Assembly: GCA_964469935.1 (NCBI GenBank)
Contig: CAYXZQ010000003.1
Coordinates: 1-63,294, forward strand
Reading direction: 5' to 3'
DNA from: an uncultured Methanosarcinales archaeon
GTDB lineage: Archaea > Nanobdellota > Nanobdellia > Woesearchaeales > DSVV01
DNA: 63,294 nucleotides
The notes under the pieces are model-generated. The model ran no database searches and was not told the origin of the DNA. It worked only from the letters and a program-made list of their open reading frames with translations. This document shows, one piece after another, positions 44,035 through 54,550 of this stretch. A program made the position numbers and the translations under genes. Position 1 is the first letter of the stretch, and each line of letters starts with the position of its first letter.

Positions 44035-46467
44035 ATGGTCAATATGGAACTACCGAAAAAATACGACCCGAAAGTCTCAGAGAAAAAATGGCAGGATTAT
44101 TGGGAGAAGGAAGGGGTCTACAGGTTCGACGAGCAGTCTGATGCAGAGATATATTCTGTAGACACCCCGCCTCCGACGGTTTCCGGAAAGATGCACATAG
44201 GCCATGCCTTCTCATACACCCAGCAGGACTTCATGGTAAGGTTCCAGAGGATGCTCGGCAAGAACATATTCTTCCCATTCGGGACAGACGACAACGGGAT
44301 TGCCACCGAGAGGCTCATGGAGAAGACCCACGATGTCAGGGCCGTGTCCATGGAGAGGGGAAAGTTCACAAAGCTCTGCCTTGACACCCTTGAGAAGATG
44401 AGGCCGGGGTTCATCCAGGACTGGAAGAACCTTGGCATGAGCTGCGACTGGAACATAAATTATTCCACAATCGACTCAGCCTCCCAGAGGATATCACAGA
44501 AGTCGTTCATAGACCTGTACAAGAAAGGCCGTGAATACCGCAAGGACGCCCCTGCGCTCTATTGCCCTGAATGCCAGACAGCTGTCTCGCAGGTTGAATG
44601 CGAGGACAGGGAGCTAGAGTCGAGCTTCAATGACATAATATTCAAGATAGAAGGCAATGACGTCATAATCGGCACGACCAGGCCTGAGCTCCTCCCTGCA
44701 TGCGTCGCTGTCTTCTTTCATCCTGACGACGAGCGCTACAAGAATCTTAAGGGAAAGAAGGCTGAAGTGCCCCTCTTCGGTTTCAGCGTTGAGGTCATGG
44801 CAGACAAGAGGGTCGACCCTGAGAAAGGCACGGGAATTGTCATGTGCTGCACATTCGGCGACCAGACCGACATGGAATGGTACTTCGCCTATGACCTGGA
44901 GCTCAAGGAGGCGTTCACCAGGGACGGAAAGATGACCGCGATTGCAGGGAGATATGAAGGCCAGAGGATAAAGGATGCAAGGAAGCACATCCTCGAGGAT
45001 CTCCAAAAGGGAGGGCTTCTCGTGAGCAGAAAGAAGATAGTCCATCCTGTCAATGTGCACGAGAGATGCGGAAACGAGATAGAGATAATGCACTCCAAGC
45101 AGTGGTTCATAAAGTACCTTGACATCAAAGAAGAGATGCTGAAGTGGGGGGCTGGGCTCAACTGGTTCCCGCAGCACATGAAGGTCCGCTATGACCACTG
45201 GGTGCAGGGCCTTCAGTGGGACTGGCTCATATCAAGGCAGAGGTTCCACGGGATCCCTTTCCCTGTATGGTACTGCAAGAAATGCGAGGAAGTGATCCTC
45301 GCAAAAGAGGCTGACCTGCCTGTGGACCCGACAAAGCAGTCACCGCCTGCAAAATCCTGCCCCATGTGCAGGTCAAAGGAATTCGTCCCCGACACAGATG
45401 TCATGGACACGTGGGCGACTTCATCATTATCACCGCAGCTTGCTGTAGATAGGTACAAGGGAAAGCCTTTCTACAAAAAGCTCTACCCTATGAACCTCCG
45501 TCCGCAGGCGCATGACATAATAACATTCTGGCTCTTCAACACTGTAGTCAAGTCGCAGCTCCACAACAATGTCAATCCCTGGAAGGACGTTGTCATATCA
45601 GGCCATGCCCTTGACCCGCACGGAAAGAAGATGTCCAAGTCAAAGGGAAACATAGTCGAACCTCAGGAGATGATAGAGAATTTCTCTGCAGACTCGCTGA
45701 GGTTCTGGGCAGCGGGATCGAAGCTGGGTGACGACCTGCCGTTCCAGGAAAAGGACCTCTTCACAGGGCTCAAGTTCACGACAAAGCTCTGGAATGCCTC
45801 GAAATTCGTGATAATGAACCTGAAGGGCTACGAGCCAAAAGAGCCGAAGAAGATAGAGATGATCGACAGGTGGCTTCTCACCAAGCTCCACAGGATGATA
45901 GATGCAGCCACAAAGACATTCGAGAGATATGAATATTCCCGCACAAAGCAGGAGACAGAGAAGTTCTTCTGGCACACATACTGCGACTTCTACCTAGAGC
46001 TTTCAAAGGACAGGATATACAACCCTGAAAAGTATCCGAAAGAGGCTGTTGATTCGGCAAAATACACCCTGTATGCAGGCTTGCTTTCGGTACTCAAGCT
46101 GATTGCTCCGATAATGCCGTATATCACCGAAGAGGTATATCATGCGTATTTCATCAGGTTCGAGAAGAAGAAGAGCATCCACAACACTTCCTGGCCCGTA
46201 TTCAGGGCAGTGTTCGTCGACGAGAGGTCAGAGAAGGCAGGCGACTTCGTCGTCGAGGCTGTGGCAGCTGTCAGGAAGGCCAAGTCAGAGCAGAACCTCT
46301 CGCTCAAGGCACCTTTGAAAAACCTGACTCTCAGGGGGAAGATACCGGAATCAGATTTCGAAGAGGTAAGAAAAGATATCGAAGCCTCGACAAAAGCAGA
46401 GAAGATCATATTCGAGGGCCTGAAACCCGGTTCGAAGATCGACTTCGAGCACATTATCGACATTTGA
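44035..46467 (+). CDS. valS: valyl-tRNA synthetase
   Basis: PPPTVSGKMHIGHAFSY (HIGH), KMSKSKGN, editing-domain TTRPELLPACVAV, 810 aa. Confidence 0.9.
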   Translation: MVNMELPKKYDPKVSEKKWQDYWEKEGVYRFDEQSDAEIYSVDTPPPTVSGKMHIGHAFSYTQQDFMVRFQRMLGKNIFFPFGTDDNGIATERLMEKTHDVRAVSMERGKFTKLCLDTLEKMRPGFIQDWKNLGMSCDWNINYSTIDSASQRISQKSFIDLYKKGREYRKDAPALYCPECQTAVSQVECEDRELESSFNDIIFKIEGNDVIIGTTRPELLPACVAVFFHPDDERYKNLKGKKAEVPLFGFSVEVMADKRVDPEKGTGIVMCCTFGDQTDMEWYFAYDLELKEAFTRDGKMTAIAGRYEGQRIKDARKHILEDLQKGGLLVSRKKIVHPVNVHERCGNEIEIMHSKQWFIKYLDIKEEMLKWGAGLNWFPQHMKVRYDHWVQGLQWDWLISRQRFHGIPFPVWYCKKCEEVILAKEADLPVDPTKQSPPAKSCPMCRSKEFVPDTDVMDTWATSSLSPQLAVDRYKGKPFYKKLYPMNLRPQAHDIITFWLFNTVVKSQLHNNVNPWKDVVISGHALDPHGKKMSKSKGNIVEPQEMIENFSADSLRFWAAGSKLGDDLPFQEKDLFTGLKFTTKLWNASKFVIMNLKGYEPKEPKKIEMIDRWLLTKLHRMIDAATKTFERYEYSRTKQETEKFFWHTYCDFYLELSKDRIYNPEKYPKEAVDSAKYTLYAGLLSVLKLIAPIMPYITEEVYHAYFIRFEKKKSIHNTSWPVFRAVFVDERSEKAGDFVVEAVAAVRKAKSEQNLSLKAPLKNLTLRGKIPESDFEEVRKDIEASTKAEKIIFEGLKPGSKIDFEHIIDI

Positions 46468-46558
46468 GTACTTATATGTAGTGACAAAATAGAAACCTTT
46501 TTATAATCAAGATGCAATCCATCGGAAGAAAAATAATATAAATCGGGGGGAGTAAAAG

Positions 46559-47002
46559 ATGATGAATACTGCAGAATCAGCCGAAAGGCAACAGCTTGTA
46601 GAGAAGATCAACAAATATTCAGTCAATTCCGATATTGAACCGGATGTTCTTACTGAGCTTCTCAAGACTAATTTTGAGAAGCCCATAACCAAACAGATAT
46701 TACATGGCTATAATATGGCCAGGAAGAACCCTTATGGCATGACCCATCTAAAAATGGGGGAGTATCTCGATATCCTTCATGAGACCGGTGTCATCAGTAA
46801 TGCAGACGGAAAAACCGTTTTCAACTGGAAAAAGCACAGCCAGGAGATGAACAGGTTGTCGACAAATTACAATGCAGTCCTAAATATACTGTATAGTTCT
46901 CAGATGGAAAATCAAGATGGCAATTTGATGAAGGTGAACCCTGATACGGGCTGGGTTGCAAACAAGCTCGCCCTAGTTTATTCCGGCAGCCAAAAAATTT
47001 AA
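46559..47002 (+). CDS. hypothetical protein
   Basis: 147-aa ORF with GGGGAG upstream. No domain recognised. Confidence 0.5.
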   Translation: MMNTAESAERQQLVEKINKYSVNSDIEPDVLTELLKTNFEKPITKQILHGYNMARKNPYGMTHLKMGEYLDILHETGVISNADGKTVFNWKKHSQEMNRLSTNYNAVLNILYSSQMENQDGNLMKVNPDTGWVANKLALVYSGSQKI

Positions 47003-47030
47003 AAACATTCAGTTTGTCCAGACCTCCAAG

Positions 47031-48020
47031 GTGGCTAAACGAAGGTTCAGGAAGATTAGGAGAAGGGATAGAGAGCCGAGAAGGGAAAGCTATCGAAAGC
47101 CTGAGGAGGATTCAGCACCTGCGCCTTCTGTGAAGAAGCGCGGGTTTTTGCTCGGGATATATGAAAAGAAATACAAGGCGCTTCTGATAATCCCTTTCCT
47201 GATGCTAATTCTTGCCCTCGGCCAGATAGCATTCCAGACAATAACCACTGGCCAGTTCATAACCAGGGGCGTATCGCTCAAGGGAGGGACCACCATTACG
47301 ATTCCTACCCAGAAGGCGTTTGACACAACGGCTCTTGACAACCAGCTCCGCAGCATGGTCCCGGGAGCGGACATTGATGTGAGGGTGCTCAATACTGCAG
47401 GCAGCCAGACCGCTATAGTCATAGAGACGGACCTGTCGACAAAGACAGAGACGGACGGCTTCATCGCCGCTGTCGAGAAGGTTACAGGCATAAGCCAGGA
47501 CAACTACAGCGTCGACGTGATTGGCTCTTCGCTCGGCCAGAGCTTCTTCACCCAGATAATGATAGCTCTTGTCATCGCATTCCTGTTCATGGGAACAGTC
47601 GTGTTCCTGTATTTCCGGACATTCTACCCGTCTGCAGCTGTCATCCTTGCGGCCTTCTCTGACATGGCAGTCACTGTGGCTGTCAGCAATATAATGGGAA
47701 TCAAGCTGTCAACTGCCGGCGTCGCGGCATTCCTCATGCTCATCGGATACAGCATAGACACAGACATACTGCTCTCCACGAGGCTTCTCAAGAGGAAAGA
47801 GGGCGAGGTGTTTGACAGGCTCATTGATTCGGCAAAGACAGGGCTGACCATGACCTTCACCACGCTTGCCGCAGTGCTCGTTGTGCTGATATTCTCAAAA
47901 TCAGAGGTCCTGACCCAGATAATGACAATCCTGCTCATCGGGCTTCTTGTTGACATCATAAACACGTGGATACAGAACGCGGGGCTGCTGAGACTTTACT
48001 TTGAGAGGAACAGAAATTGA
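47031..48020 (+). CDS. secF: protein-export membrane protein SecF
   Basis: GVSLKGGTTITI...IGSSLGQSFF...AAFSDMAVTVAVSNIMGIKLSTAGVAAFLMLIGYSIDTDILL. Confidence 0.85.
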   Translation: MAKRRFRKIRRRDREPRRESYRKPEEDSAPAPSVKKRGFLLGIYEKKYKALLIIPFLMLILALGQIAFQTITTGQFITRGVSLKGGTTITIPTQKAFDTTALDNQLRSMVPGADIDVRVLNTAGSQTAIVIETDLSTKTETDGFIAAVEKVTGISQDNYSVDVIGSSLGQSFFTQIMIALVIAFLFMGTVVFLYFRTFYPSAAVILAAFSDMAVTVAVSNIMGIKLSTAGVAAFLMLIGYSIDTDILLSTRLLKRKEGEVFDRLIDSAKTGLTMTFTTLAAVLVVLIFSKSEVLTQIMTILLIGLLVDIINTWIQNAGLLRLYFERNRN

Positions 48021-49795
48021 GCAAGATCAAGAAGCTTGTCACGAACATAAGGGTCATAATACTCGTAATCATACTTGCAGCGATGTTGATCACTATCCAT
48101 CCTGATCCATACAAGAAAGGCGTCGCAATCAGGGCCGTGGCCAAGAACTCGTCGGCAGAGATTGCGGGTATCCATAGCCCGCTTCCTTCTGACAAGCCGA
48201 TGTTTCGGGAAGTCATATTCGACATTAACGGCCAGGCAGTCAACGACCTGAGCGATTATTACAACATAACAAGCAGGCTCAAGCCCGGCGACACGGTTAT
48301 CATCAGGACCACGTCGAACTTCGACTATTCAGGGGACCAAAGGAAGCTTTCACTGACATCCCTGACCCACAAGTACACCCTGACTGTCCTTCCCGAGTAC
48401 AACACGACCGTGCTCAACGAGACAGAGAACGTGACAGTCCATAAAGTCGTCCCTGAGAACGTGACAGTGAATGGCACGGTGATGCTTGAGAACAGGACAA
48501 TCAACGTGACCGAGACTAGGCACAAGGTAAAGAAGACCCTGGTCGGTGCCCAGGACCTCGGCCTGACAGTCTACCAGGCACCGACAAGCAACATCAAGAA
48601 AGGCCTTGACCTGCAGGGCGGGACAAGGGTCCTCCTGCAGCCGGAACATCCGGTCAGCGACAGCGATTTCTCCCTCATCATGGACAACCTCAAGCAGAGG
48701 CTCAATGTATACGGCCTGTCCGACATCGTCGTGAGGAAGGTCACAGACCTGACAGGCAACAACTACATACTCGTTGAGGTCGCGGGAGCGAACCAGGAGG
48801 AGGTCAAGAACCTCATCGCAAGCCAGGGCAAGTTCGAGGCTAAGATAAGGAACAACACGGTATTCAGGGGAGGGCAGGACATAAAATACGTCTGCAGGAG
48901 CGCGGACTGCAGCTATGCTGAGGACCCGAGGCAGCCGTGCAGCCAGAACAGCGACGGGAAATGGTACTGCAGGTTCCAGTTCAGCATAACGCTCAGCCCG
49001 GAAGCGGCCCAGAGGCAGGCCGATCTCACAAAAGACCTCCAGGTCATAACCAAGGACAGCCAGCAGTACCTGAACGAGTCAATCGACCTTTACCTTGACA
49101 ATTCTCTGGTGGACAGCCTCCAGATAGGGGCTGATCTGAGGGGGACACCGACCACCGACATAGCCATCTCCGGCAGCGGTTCCGGGGATTCGTACCAGGA
49201 GGCTGTCCAGGACAGCGCCCAGAACATGAAGCGTCTGCAGACCATACTCATCACAGGAAGCCTACCTGTCGCGCTCAACATCGTGAACATAGACACTGTT
49301 TCACCAACTCTCGGACAGGAATTTCTGAGAAACGTTCTCTATATAGGGTTATTTGCACTTCTTGCTGTAGCAGCAGTCGTCGTCTTGAGGTACAGGGACG
49401 TGAAGATTGCCCTTCCAATGCTTTTTACCATGGGTTCGGAGATAATCATGCTCCTGGGACTTGCATCGCTCATCGGCTGGAACCTAGACCTCGCGGCAAT
49501 CGCAGGTATCCTGGTTGCAGTAGGAACTGGCGTGGATGACCAGATAGTCATAATAGACGAGCTTAAGCAGCAGAGAAAAGAGACAATCCTGAACTGGGTT
49601 GAGAGGCTCAAGCGCGCGTTCTTCATAATAATGGCCGCATACTTCACGACTGTCGTCGCCATGCTTCCGTTGTGGTGGGTCGGCGCAGGACTTGTCAGGG
49701 GCTTTGCGATAACTACCATTGCAGGTGTCTCCTTCGGGGTTTTCGTGTCGAGGCCTGCATTCGGCGCGATTGTCGAGATACTGCTGAAGGATTAG
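48017..49795 (+). CDS. secD: protein-export membrane protein SecD
   Basis: GLDLQGGTRVLLQPE...ILVAVGTGVDDQIVIIDE. 4-nt overlap with secF. Confidence 0.85.
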   Translation: MSKIKKLVTNIRVIILVIILAAMLITIHPDPYKKGVAIRAVAKNSSAEIAGIHSPLPSDKPMFREVIFDINGQAVNDLSDYYNITSRLKPGDTVIIRTTSNFDYSGDQRKLSLTSLTHKYTLTVLPEYNTTVLNETENVTVHKVVPENVTVNGTVMLENRTINVTETRHKVKKTLVGAQDLGLTVYQAPTSNIKKGLDLQGGTRVLLQPEHPVSDSDFSLIMDNLKQRLNVYGLSDIVVRKVTDLTGNNYILVEVAGANQEEVKNLIASQGKFEAKIRNNTVFRGGQDIKYVCRSADCSYAEDPRQPCSQNSDGKWYCRFQFSITLSPEAAQRQADLTKDLQVITKDSQQYLNESIDLYLDNSLVDSLQIGADLRGTPTTDIAISGSGSGDSYQEAVQDSAQNMKRLQTILITGSLPVALNIVNIDTVSPTLGQEFLRNVLYIGLFALLAVAAVVVLRYRDVKIALPMLFTMGSEIIMLLGLASLIGWNLDLAAIAGILVAVGTGVDDQIVIIDELKQQRKETILNWVERLKRAFFIIMAAYFTTVVAMLPLWWVGAGLVRGFAITTIAGVSFGVFVSRPAFGAIVEILLKD

Positions 49796-49811
49796 GATCA
49801 AGAAGATTTCT

Positions 49812-51104
49812 TCAAGCTGGAGAATTCACTTTTGAATTGCCGTTGTACAGTCCGCCGTTCGGAAGGATATACGACCTCCTGATGTCATTGTTCCTGACCA
49901 GGTTGTTGTACCTTTCCTTGAATTTGTTGTAGAATTTCTCAGTCGATATTCTCTGGAAGGCAATCTTCATGTTCGGCGGCAAAAATCCGCCTTCCTTGAC
50001 AGACCTGAGCCAGATCACATGGCTTTCAACAGGATAGAGACCTGTGTTCTGGTCGACTTCGACAAACCTCCTCTGGGAACATGACGGGAACGAATTCTTA
50101 CATTCTTCATCGATCGAGGACAGGTAAATGACATTGAGCACGTCCCTGTCTGTGCACGGGAACGAGCCTTTGCCGTGAGTCTCCTCGTATCTCTTCTTTA
50201 TGTCCTGTCCTATCTTCTCGTCCTGCCCGTCCTTATATATCTTCGGTGTTGCCTTGTCCCAGGTATCTATGGCATCAACAAGCAGGAATCCGAATGCCGC
50301 CTCCACGCCGAAGAGCAGCCCGACAGAGAGGAGTGCTGCATCATCGCTTACCCCGTAACCCTTTGCGAGCTCTATGTAGGCAGATACGTATCCATTCGAC
50401 GATTTGACGAAATCCCTGTTGCTGATTATCTTCTTGTGTACCAAGCTCTTGAGGTCTATGTCGTTGCTATTATCGAGGTTCGCGAGATCCTCGAGGGTGT
50501 AATCAGACTTCTTGAGCCTCGAGAGGTTGACAGCCCTGCTGATTCCCCTGTGAAGGGGGATGCCGTATTTTTTCTCAGCCTTTTTGCGCCACTCGGCGCT
50601 GTCAAGACAGCCCCCGATATACGCGCCTACCAGCACATGTAGAGGATTGCTGATGAGAGTGCCCTCAAATATCTTGATGCCGCCGAGCGGCTCCCTTCTC
50701 TCGTTAACGAGCTTCAGGCAGTGCTTGTGAGGCTTCTTGTCATTGTCGACGTACTTGAGCTTGTCCAGGCATAGGTTGAAATATTTCGATATATCGTTGA
50801 TTATCTCCTGCCTTTCGTAAAGGACCTTGCCGAGATGAAGATCAAGTGCCCTGATTATATCTTCTATGGAAGCATTCGGGTAGCTGTAGCTTCCATCTAG
50901 ACTGGATGAGGTTTCTGGTTTCCAGGCGCCATATATGGCCCGGCCCTGCAGGCTCTGCATAAGGAGAAGCTCTTTCTGGGTTGAGGCCAGTTCTACCGTT
51001 TTACAGAGGTAATGGAAAGTATCCTTGACAGCCTCCTTGAAGAATACATCTGGAGCGAATCTTTTGTCGTTATAAGCATGCTTCTCTGCAACACACCTCG
51101 TCAT
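49812..51104 (-). CDS. hypothetical soluble protein (430 aa), no family recognised
   Basis: Track ORF 49812..51869 trimmed to ATG 51104 (MTRCVAEKH...). The upstream 255 codons are antisense to pyrH. Confidence 0.55.
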   Translation of the reverse strand: MTRCVAEKHAYNDKRFAPDVFFKEAVKDTFHYLCKTVELASTQKELLLMQSLQGRAIYGAWKPETSSSLDGSYSYPNASIEDIIRALDLHLGKVLYERQEIINDISKYFNLCLDKLKYVDNDKKPHKHCLKLVNERREPLGGIKIFEGTLISNPLHVLVGAYIGGCLDSAEWRKKAEKKYGIPLHRGISRAVNLSRLKKSDYTLEDLANLDNSNDIDLKSLVHKKIISNRDFVKSSNGYVSAYIELAKGYGVSDDAALLSVGLLFGVEAAFGFLLVDAIDTWDKATPKIYKDGQDEKIGQDIKKRYEETHGKGSFPCTDRDVLNVIYLSSIDEECKNSFPSCSQRRFVEVDQNTGLYPVESHVIWLRSVKEGGFLPPNMKIAFQRISTEKFYNKFKERYNNLVRNNDIRRSYILPNGGLYNGNSKVNSPA

Positions 51105-51210
51105 GCTTCGGATGATAATATGATTATATTTAAGCTTTTTGATATTCACTACTATATAATAGAGTATATTTATGGTTAGCTTTTTATAGAACTTATTTTT
51201 ACATCTGGAC

Positions 51211-51888
51211 ATGAGAACCACTGTCCTTTCCCTCGGCGGCTCGCTCATCGTGCCTGATGAGATAGATACAGGATTTCTGAAGAGGTTCAGGGAGCTCGTC
51301 CTTGAGCTTGCAGGCAGGGGCGACAGGCTTGTCATTTGCTGCGGAGGCGGAAAGATCTGCAGGAGATATCTCAGTGCAGCGGCAGAGATTTCAGAGATAA
51401 GCCATGACGACGGCGACTGGATTGGCATACAGTCGACAAAGCTCAATGCAGAGCTGGTGAGGTCGGTATTCTCCGGCAATGCATACGGAAAAGTCGTGGC
51501 CCATCCTTCTGAGAAGATAGACACGGACAAGAGGATAATCATCGGCGCAGGATTCGAGCCGGGCCATTCCTCCGACATGGGTGCAGTCCTTCTTGCCGAG
51601 AATTTCGGGGCAGGCACAGTCATAAACATGAGCAATGTCGACATGGTATATGACTCTGACCCTAAAGACAATCCCGGTGCAGAACCCATAAGGGAAACCA
51701 CTTGGGATGCGTTCCTTGAAATAATAGGAGAGGAGTGGGAGCCCGGCAGGAACACGCCTTTCGACCCTGTAGCGAGCAAGAAGGCACAGAGGCTTGGGCT
51801 GAGAGTCATAATTCTGAACGGCAGAAAGCTCGATAATCTCAGAAGCTGTATAGAGGGGAAAGAATTCACAGGGACTACAATATCCTGA
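51211..51888 (+). CDS. pyrH: uridylate kinase, archaeal type
   Basis: VLSLGGSLIVPD...VICCGGGKICRRY...GFEPGHSSDMGAVLLAE...NGRKLDNL. Confidence 0.85.
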   Translation: MRTTVLSLGGSLIVPDEIDTGFLKRFRELVLELAGRGDRLVICCGGGKICRRYLSAAAEISEISHDDGDWIGIQSTKLNAELVRSVFSGNAYGKVVAHPSEKIDTDKRIIIGAGFEPGHSSDMGAVLLAENFGAGTVINMSNVDMVYDSDPKDNPGAEPIRETTWDAFLEIIGEEWEPGRNTPFDPVASKKAQRLGLRVIILNGRKLDNLRSCIEGKEFTGTTIS

Positions 51889-51909
51889 ACTTAAGCCGGA
51901 CCCGTACTC

Positions 51910-52821
51910 TCATATCTTTATCCTGACCTTGGTCGAATCGAGCTGCTGCAACCTGTCCCACTGTGTGTCTATGTGTTCCTGTATGCCCTTGATCTCTCTT
52001 GGTGACAGATGTTTGAACCTGCCCTGGAGCTTGAGATAATCCTCTATCGGCTGCGGATTCGAAGGCTTCCTGTAAAGTGTAAGCGCTCCGTCCTCTATCT
52101 CGTAAAGGGGAGTAACCTTGGTCTGGAAAGCCTTCTTCGCTACTTCAATCGTCAGGTTTGAGGGGTGCTTCCATCCTGTCGGACATGGCGAGTATACCTG
52201 CACATAACTTGGACCTTTGTGAGCCAGGGCCTTTCTCACAACCTTGAGATAATCCTGCGGATAAGCAATGTTCGCTGTCGCGACATACGCGCCGTGGGCG
52301 CCGAATATCAGGGGCAGAGGCTTCTTGTATTCCTGCTTGCCGTGTATCTTCTTTCCCGCGGGTGTTGTCGTCGTGGATGCGAGCTTAGGGGTTGCTCCGC
52401 TTCTCTGAATCCCTGTGTTCATGTAGGCACCGTTGTCATAACAGATATAGGTGAAATGCTCGCCTCTCTCGAAAGCGCCGCTTATGAACTGGAACCCGAT
52501 GTCGAATGTCCCGCCGTCGCCCCCGAACACGACGATGTTCATCTTCTGCCTCTTGCCTTGCATCTTCAGGGACCTGTGGATGCCTGAGGCTATGGATGCG
52601 GCATTCTCGAACGCACCATGAATCCACGGGACCCTCCAGCTAGTCTCGGGATAGGGAGTCGAGAACACCTCGACACAGCCCGTGGCGGAAACTACTATGG
52701 TGTTCTTGCCTGCTGCCTTGAGCCCATACCTTATGGCAAGGGCTGGTCCACACCCTGCACAGGCTCTGTGGCCTGATGCAAAATGCTCCTCTGTCGGTAT
52801 ATTATTAATCTGCTTCATCAT
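51910..52821 (-). CDS. porB: pyruvate:ferredoxin oxidoreductase beta subunit
   Basis: HRACAGCGPALA, VVFGGDGGTFDIGFQ (TPP binding), YSPCPTGW. Confidence 0.9.
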   Translation of the reverse strand: MMKQINNIPTEEHFASGHRACAGCGPALAIRYGLKAAGKNTIVVSATGCVEVFSTPYPETSWRVPWIHGAFENAASIASGIHRSLKMQGKRQKMNIVVFGGDGGTFDIGFQFISGAFERGEHFTYICYDNGAYMNTGIQRSGATPKLASTTTTPAGKKIHGKQEYKKPLPLIFGAHGAYVATANIAYPQDYLKVVRKALAHKGPSYVQVYSPCPTGWKHPSNLTIEVAKKAFQTKVTPLYEIEDGALTLYRKPSNPQPIEDYLKLQGRFKHLSPREIKGIQEHIDTQWDRLQQLDSTKVRIKI

Positions 52822-53078
52822 CCGTTCACCATATCCTCGATGTTTCCCATGCGGTTTCTCCTTATAATCTCATCAGCCCACGAGTCATGGCCTGAGCCCT
52901 CGAAGCCGACCTTGATTTTGCCGAGCTTCCCGCAGGTTGGGCATGTGTGCTCCTTGTAGTGCTTCCTCAGGTAAAACCTCGATTTCCATTTCCGTACCTC
53001 TTCAACACCGAACCTCTGTTTGCAGTAGGGGCAGTTGGTCTGAAGTTCCTCTTCATTCACCAGGTGATGCACTGTCAT
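52818..53078 (-). CDS. small zinc-ribbon protein embedded between porA and porB
   Basis: CPYCKQ...CPTCGK, 86 aa. Stop overlaps the porB ATG (ATGA). Confidence 0.55.
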   Translation of the reverse strand: MTVHHLVNEEELQTNCPYCKQRFGVEEVRKWKSRFYLRKHYKEHTCPTCGKLGKIKVGFEGSGHDSWADEIIRRNRMGNIEDMVNG

Positions 53079-53094
53079 CTCTGTATCATCCCTG

Positions 53095-54261
53095 TTACTG
53101 CGTATTTATCCATTCTGATTCTATGTCTTTCGCCTTTATGGCATGCTCTATGTCCTGGGGCCTGACATCCCTTCCGCCGAGCCCTGCAATGAATCCGTTG
53201 ACCTTGATCTTCTTGTTTGGGAATAGGGCTGCCTTGACGTCAGTCGCCAGAGCACCCTCGAAACCTAGCGATATGTCCCTGTCGATGACTTGAAGTGTCC
53301 TGATGTTCTTTACAGCCGTCCTCAATTCATTCACAGGGAAAGGCCGAAAAGACTTTATCCTTATGAGCCCGACCTTCATGCCTTTTTTTTTCAAGCCATC
53401 GATGACATGCCTTGCAGTGCTGCAGATAGTGCCCATGGCTACGAGGGCCGTCTTTGCACCCTGCATGTTGTAAGTGTCAATGAGCCCGTCGCCGTAGCCT
53501 CTTCCGAATTCCCTCTTGAAATCCCTGTTGGTCTTCTTCAATAACCCCTTGGACCTCTCCATCGCATCCTGCTCCTGCTTCTTGAATTCCATGAATGAGT
53601 TTGGGAACCCGACAGGTCCCATGGTGACCGGTTTTTTCGGGTCAAGCACGTAATACGGCTTCATTCTTGGCAAAAATCTCCTGACCTGCGCTTGTATGGG
53701 AATTTCCACTGGCTCGTAAACGTGGCTCAATGTGAAGCCGTCAATGCAGACCATCACAGGAAGGAGGACCTTGTGGTCCTCAGCGACCTTGAATGCCATT
53801 ATAGTGGTGTCGAGCGCCTCCTGCGCAGATTCGACATACAGCTGTATCCAGCCGGTATCCCTTGCTGATACCGAGTCCTGATGATCGTTCCAGATGTTTA
53901 TCGGTGCTGAGAGCGCCCTGTTCGCGACTGCCATGACAACAGGCAGCCTCATGCCTGATACTATGTGCAGGACCTCATGCATGAGGGCAAGGCCCTGCGA
54001 GGCCGTCGCAGAGAACACCCGCGAGCCTGCCGCGCTTGCGCCGAGAGCTGCTGAGATTGCCGCATGCTCTGACTCGACATGTATCATCTCGCAGTTCATC
54101 TCTCCGTCATTGATGAAATCAGCGAGCCTCTCGACTATGTGCGTCTGGGGTGTGATGGGATACATGGGAATCACCGTTGGCTCGCAGAGCCTTGCAGCCA
54201 TCGCCACGCCCATCGAGGTCTCGATGACCTTCCTTACTGACTTACCTCGTTTCTTAGCCAT
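53095..54261 (-). CDS. porA: pyruvate:ferredoxin oxidoreductase alpha subunit
   Basis: 388 aa: ...YPITPQTHIVERL...ESEHAAISAALGASAAGSRVFSATASQGLALMHE... Confidence 0.9.
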   Translation of the reverse strand: MAKKRGKSVRKVIETSMGVAMAARLCEPTVIPMYPITPQTHIVERLADFINDGEMNCEMIHVESEHAAISAALGASAAGSRVFSATASQGLALMHEVLHIVSGMRLPVVMAVANRALSAPINIWNDHQDSVSARDTGWIQLYVESAQEALDTTIMAFKVAEDHKVLLPVMVCIDGFTLSHVYEPVEIPIQAQVRRFLPRMKPYYVLDPKKPVTMGPVGFPNSFMEFKKQEQDAMERSKGLLKKTNRDFKREFGRGYGDGLIDTYNMQGAKTALVAMGTICSTARHVIDGLKKKGMKVGLIRIKSFRPFPVNELRTAVKNIRTLQVIDRDISLGFEGALATDVKAALFPNKKIKVNGFIAGLGGRDVRPQDIEHAIKAKDIESEWINTQ

Positions 54262-54548
54262 TTTTCATACGACTGGTTCGAGCCTATGCTGAATCTTGTC
54301 ACGGCCGGGATCTCATACGAATGGAGCCTCTCAGTCTCCTCCACGACGCCTGCATACTTCTCCTCGACTGTCTTTGCCAGGAGCACAGTCTCATTCTCAT
54401 CAGCAGGCTCTCCCTTCCACATGTAGAGGGAATTGACAGGCCAGATGTTTGCGCAAGCGATGAGCCTCTTCTCCAAAAGATGCATCGACAGCCTCCTTGC
54501 CTCATCCTCATCCCTGCATGGGATGTAAACCGCTATCATCCCTGCCAT
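54234..54548 (-). CDS. cutA: divalent-cation tolerance protein CutA
   Basis: MAGMIAVYIPCRDEDEARRLSMHLLEKRLIACANIWPVNSLYMWKGE...LHSYEIPAV. ATG lies 2 nt after the porD stop. Confidence 0.8.
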   Translation of the reverse strand: MAGMIAVYIPCRDEDEARRLSMHLLEKRLIACANIWPVNSLYMWKGEPADENETVLLAKTVEEKYAGVVEETERLHSYEIPAVTRFSIGSNQSYEKWLRNEVSQ

Positions 54549-54550
54549 GC

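Noticed and set aside
51105-51869. N-terminal 255 codons of track ORF 49812-51869
   Set aside because: Antisense to pyrH. The real gene most likely starts at ATG 51104.
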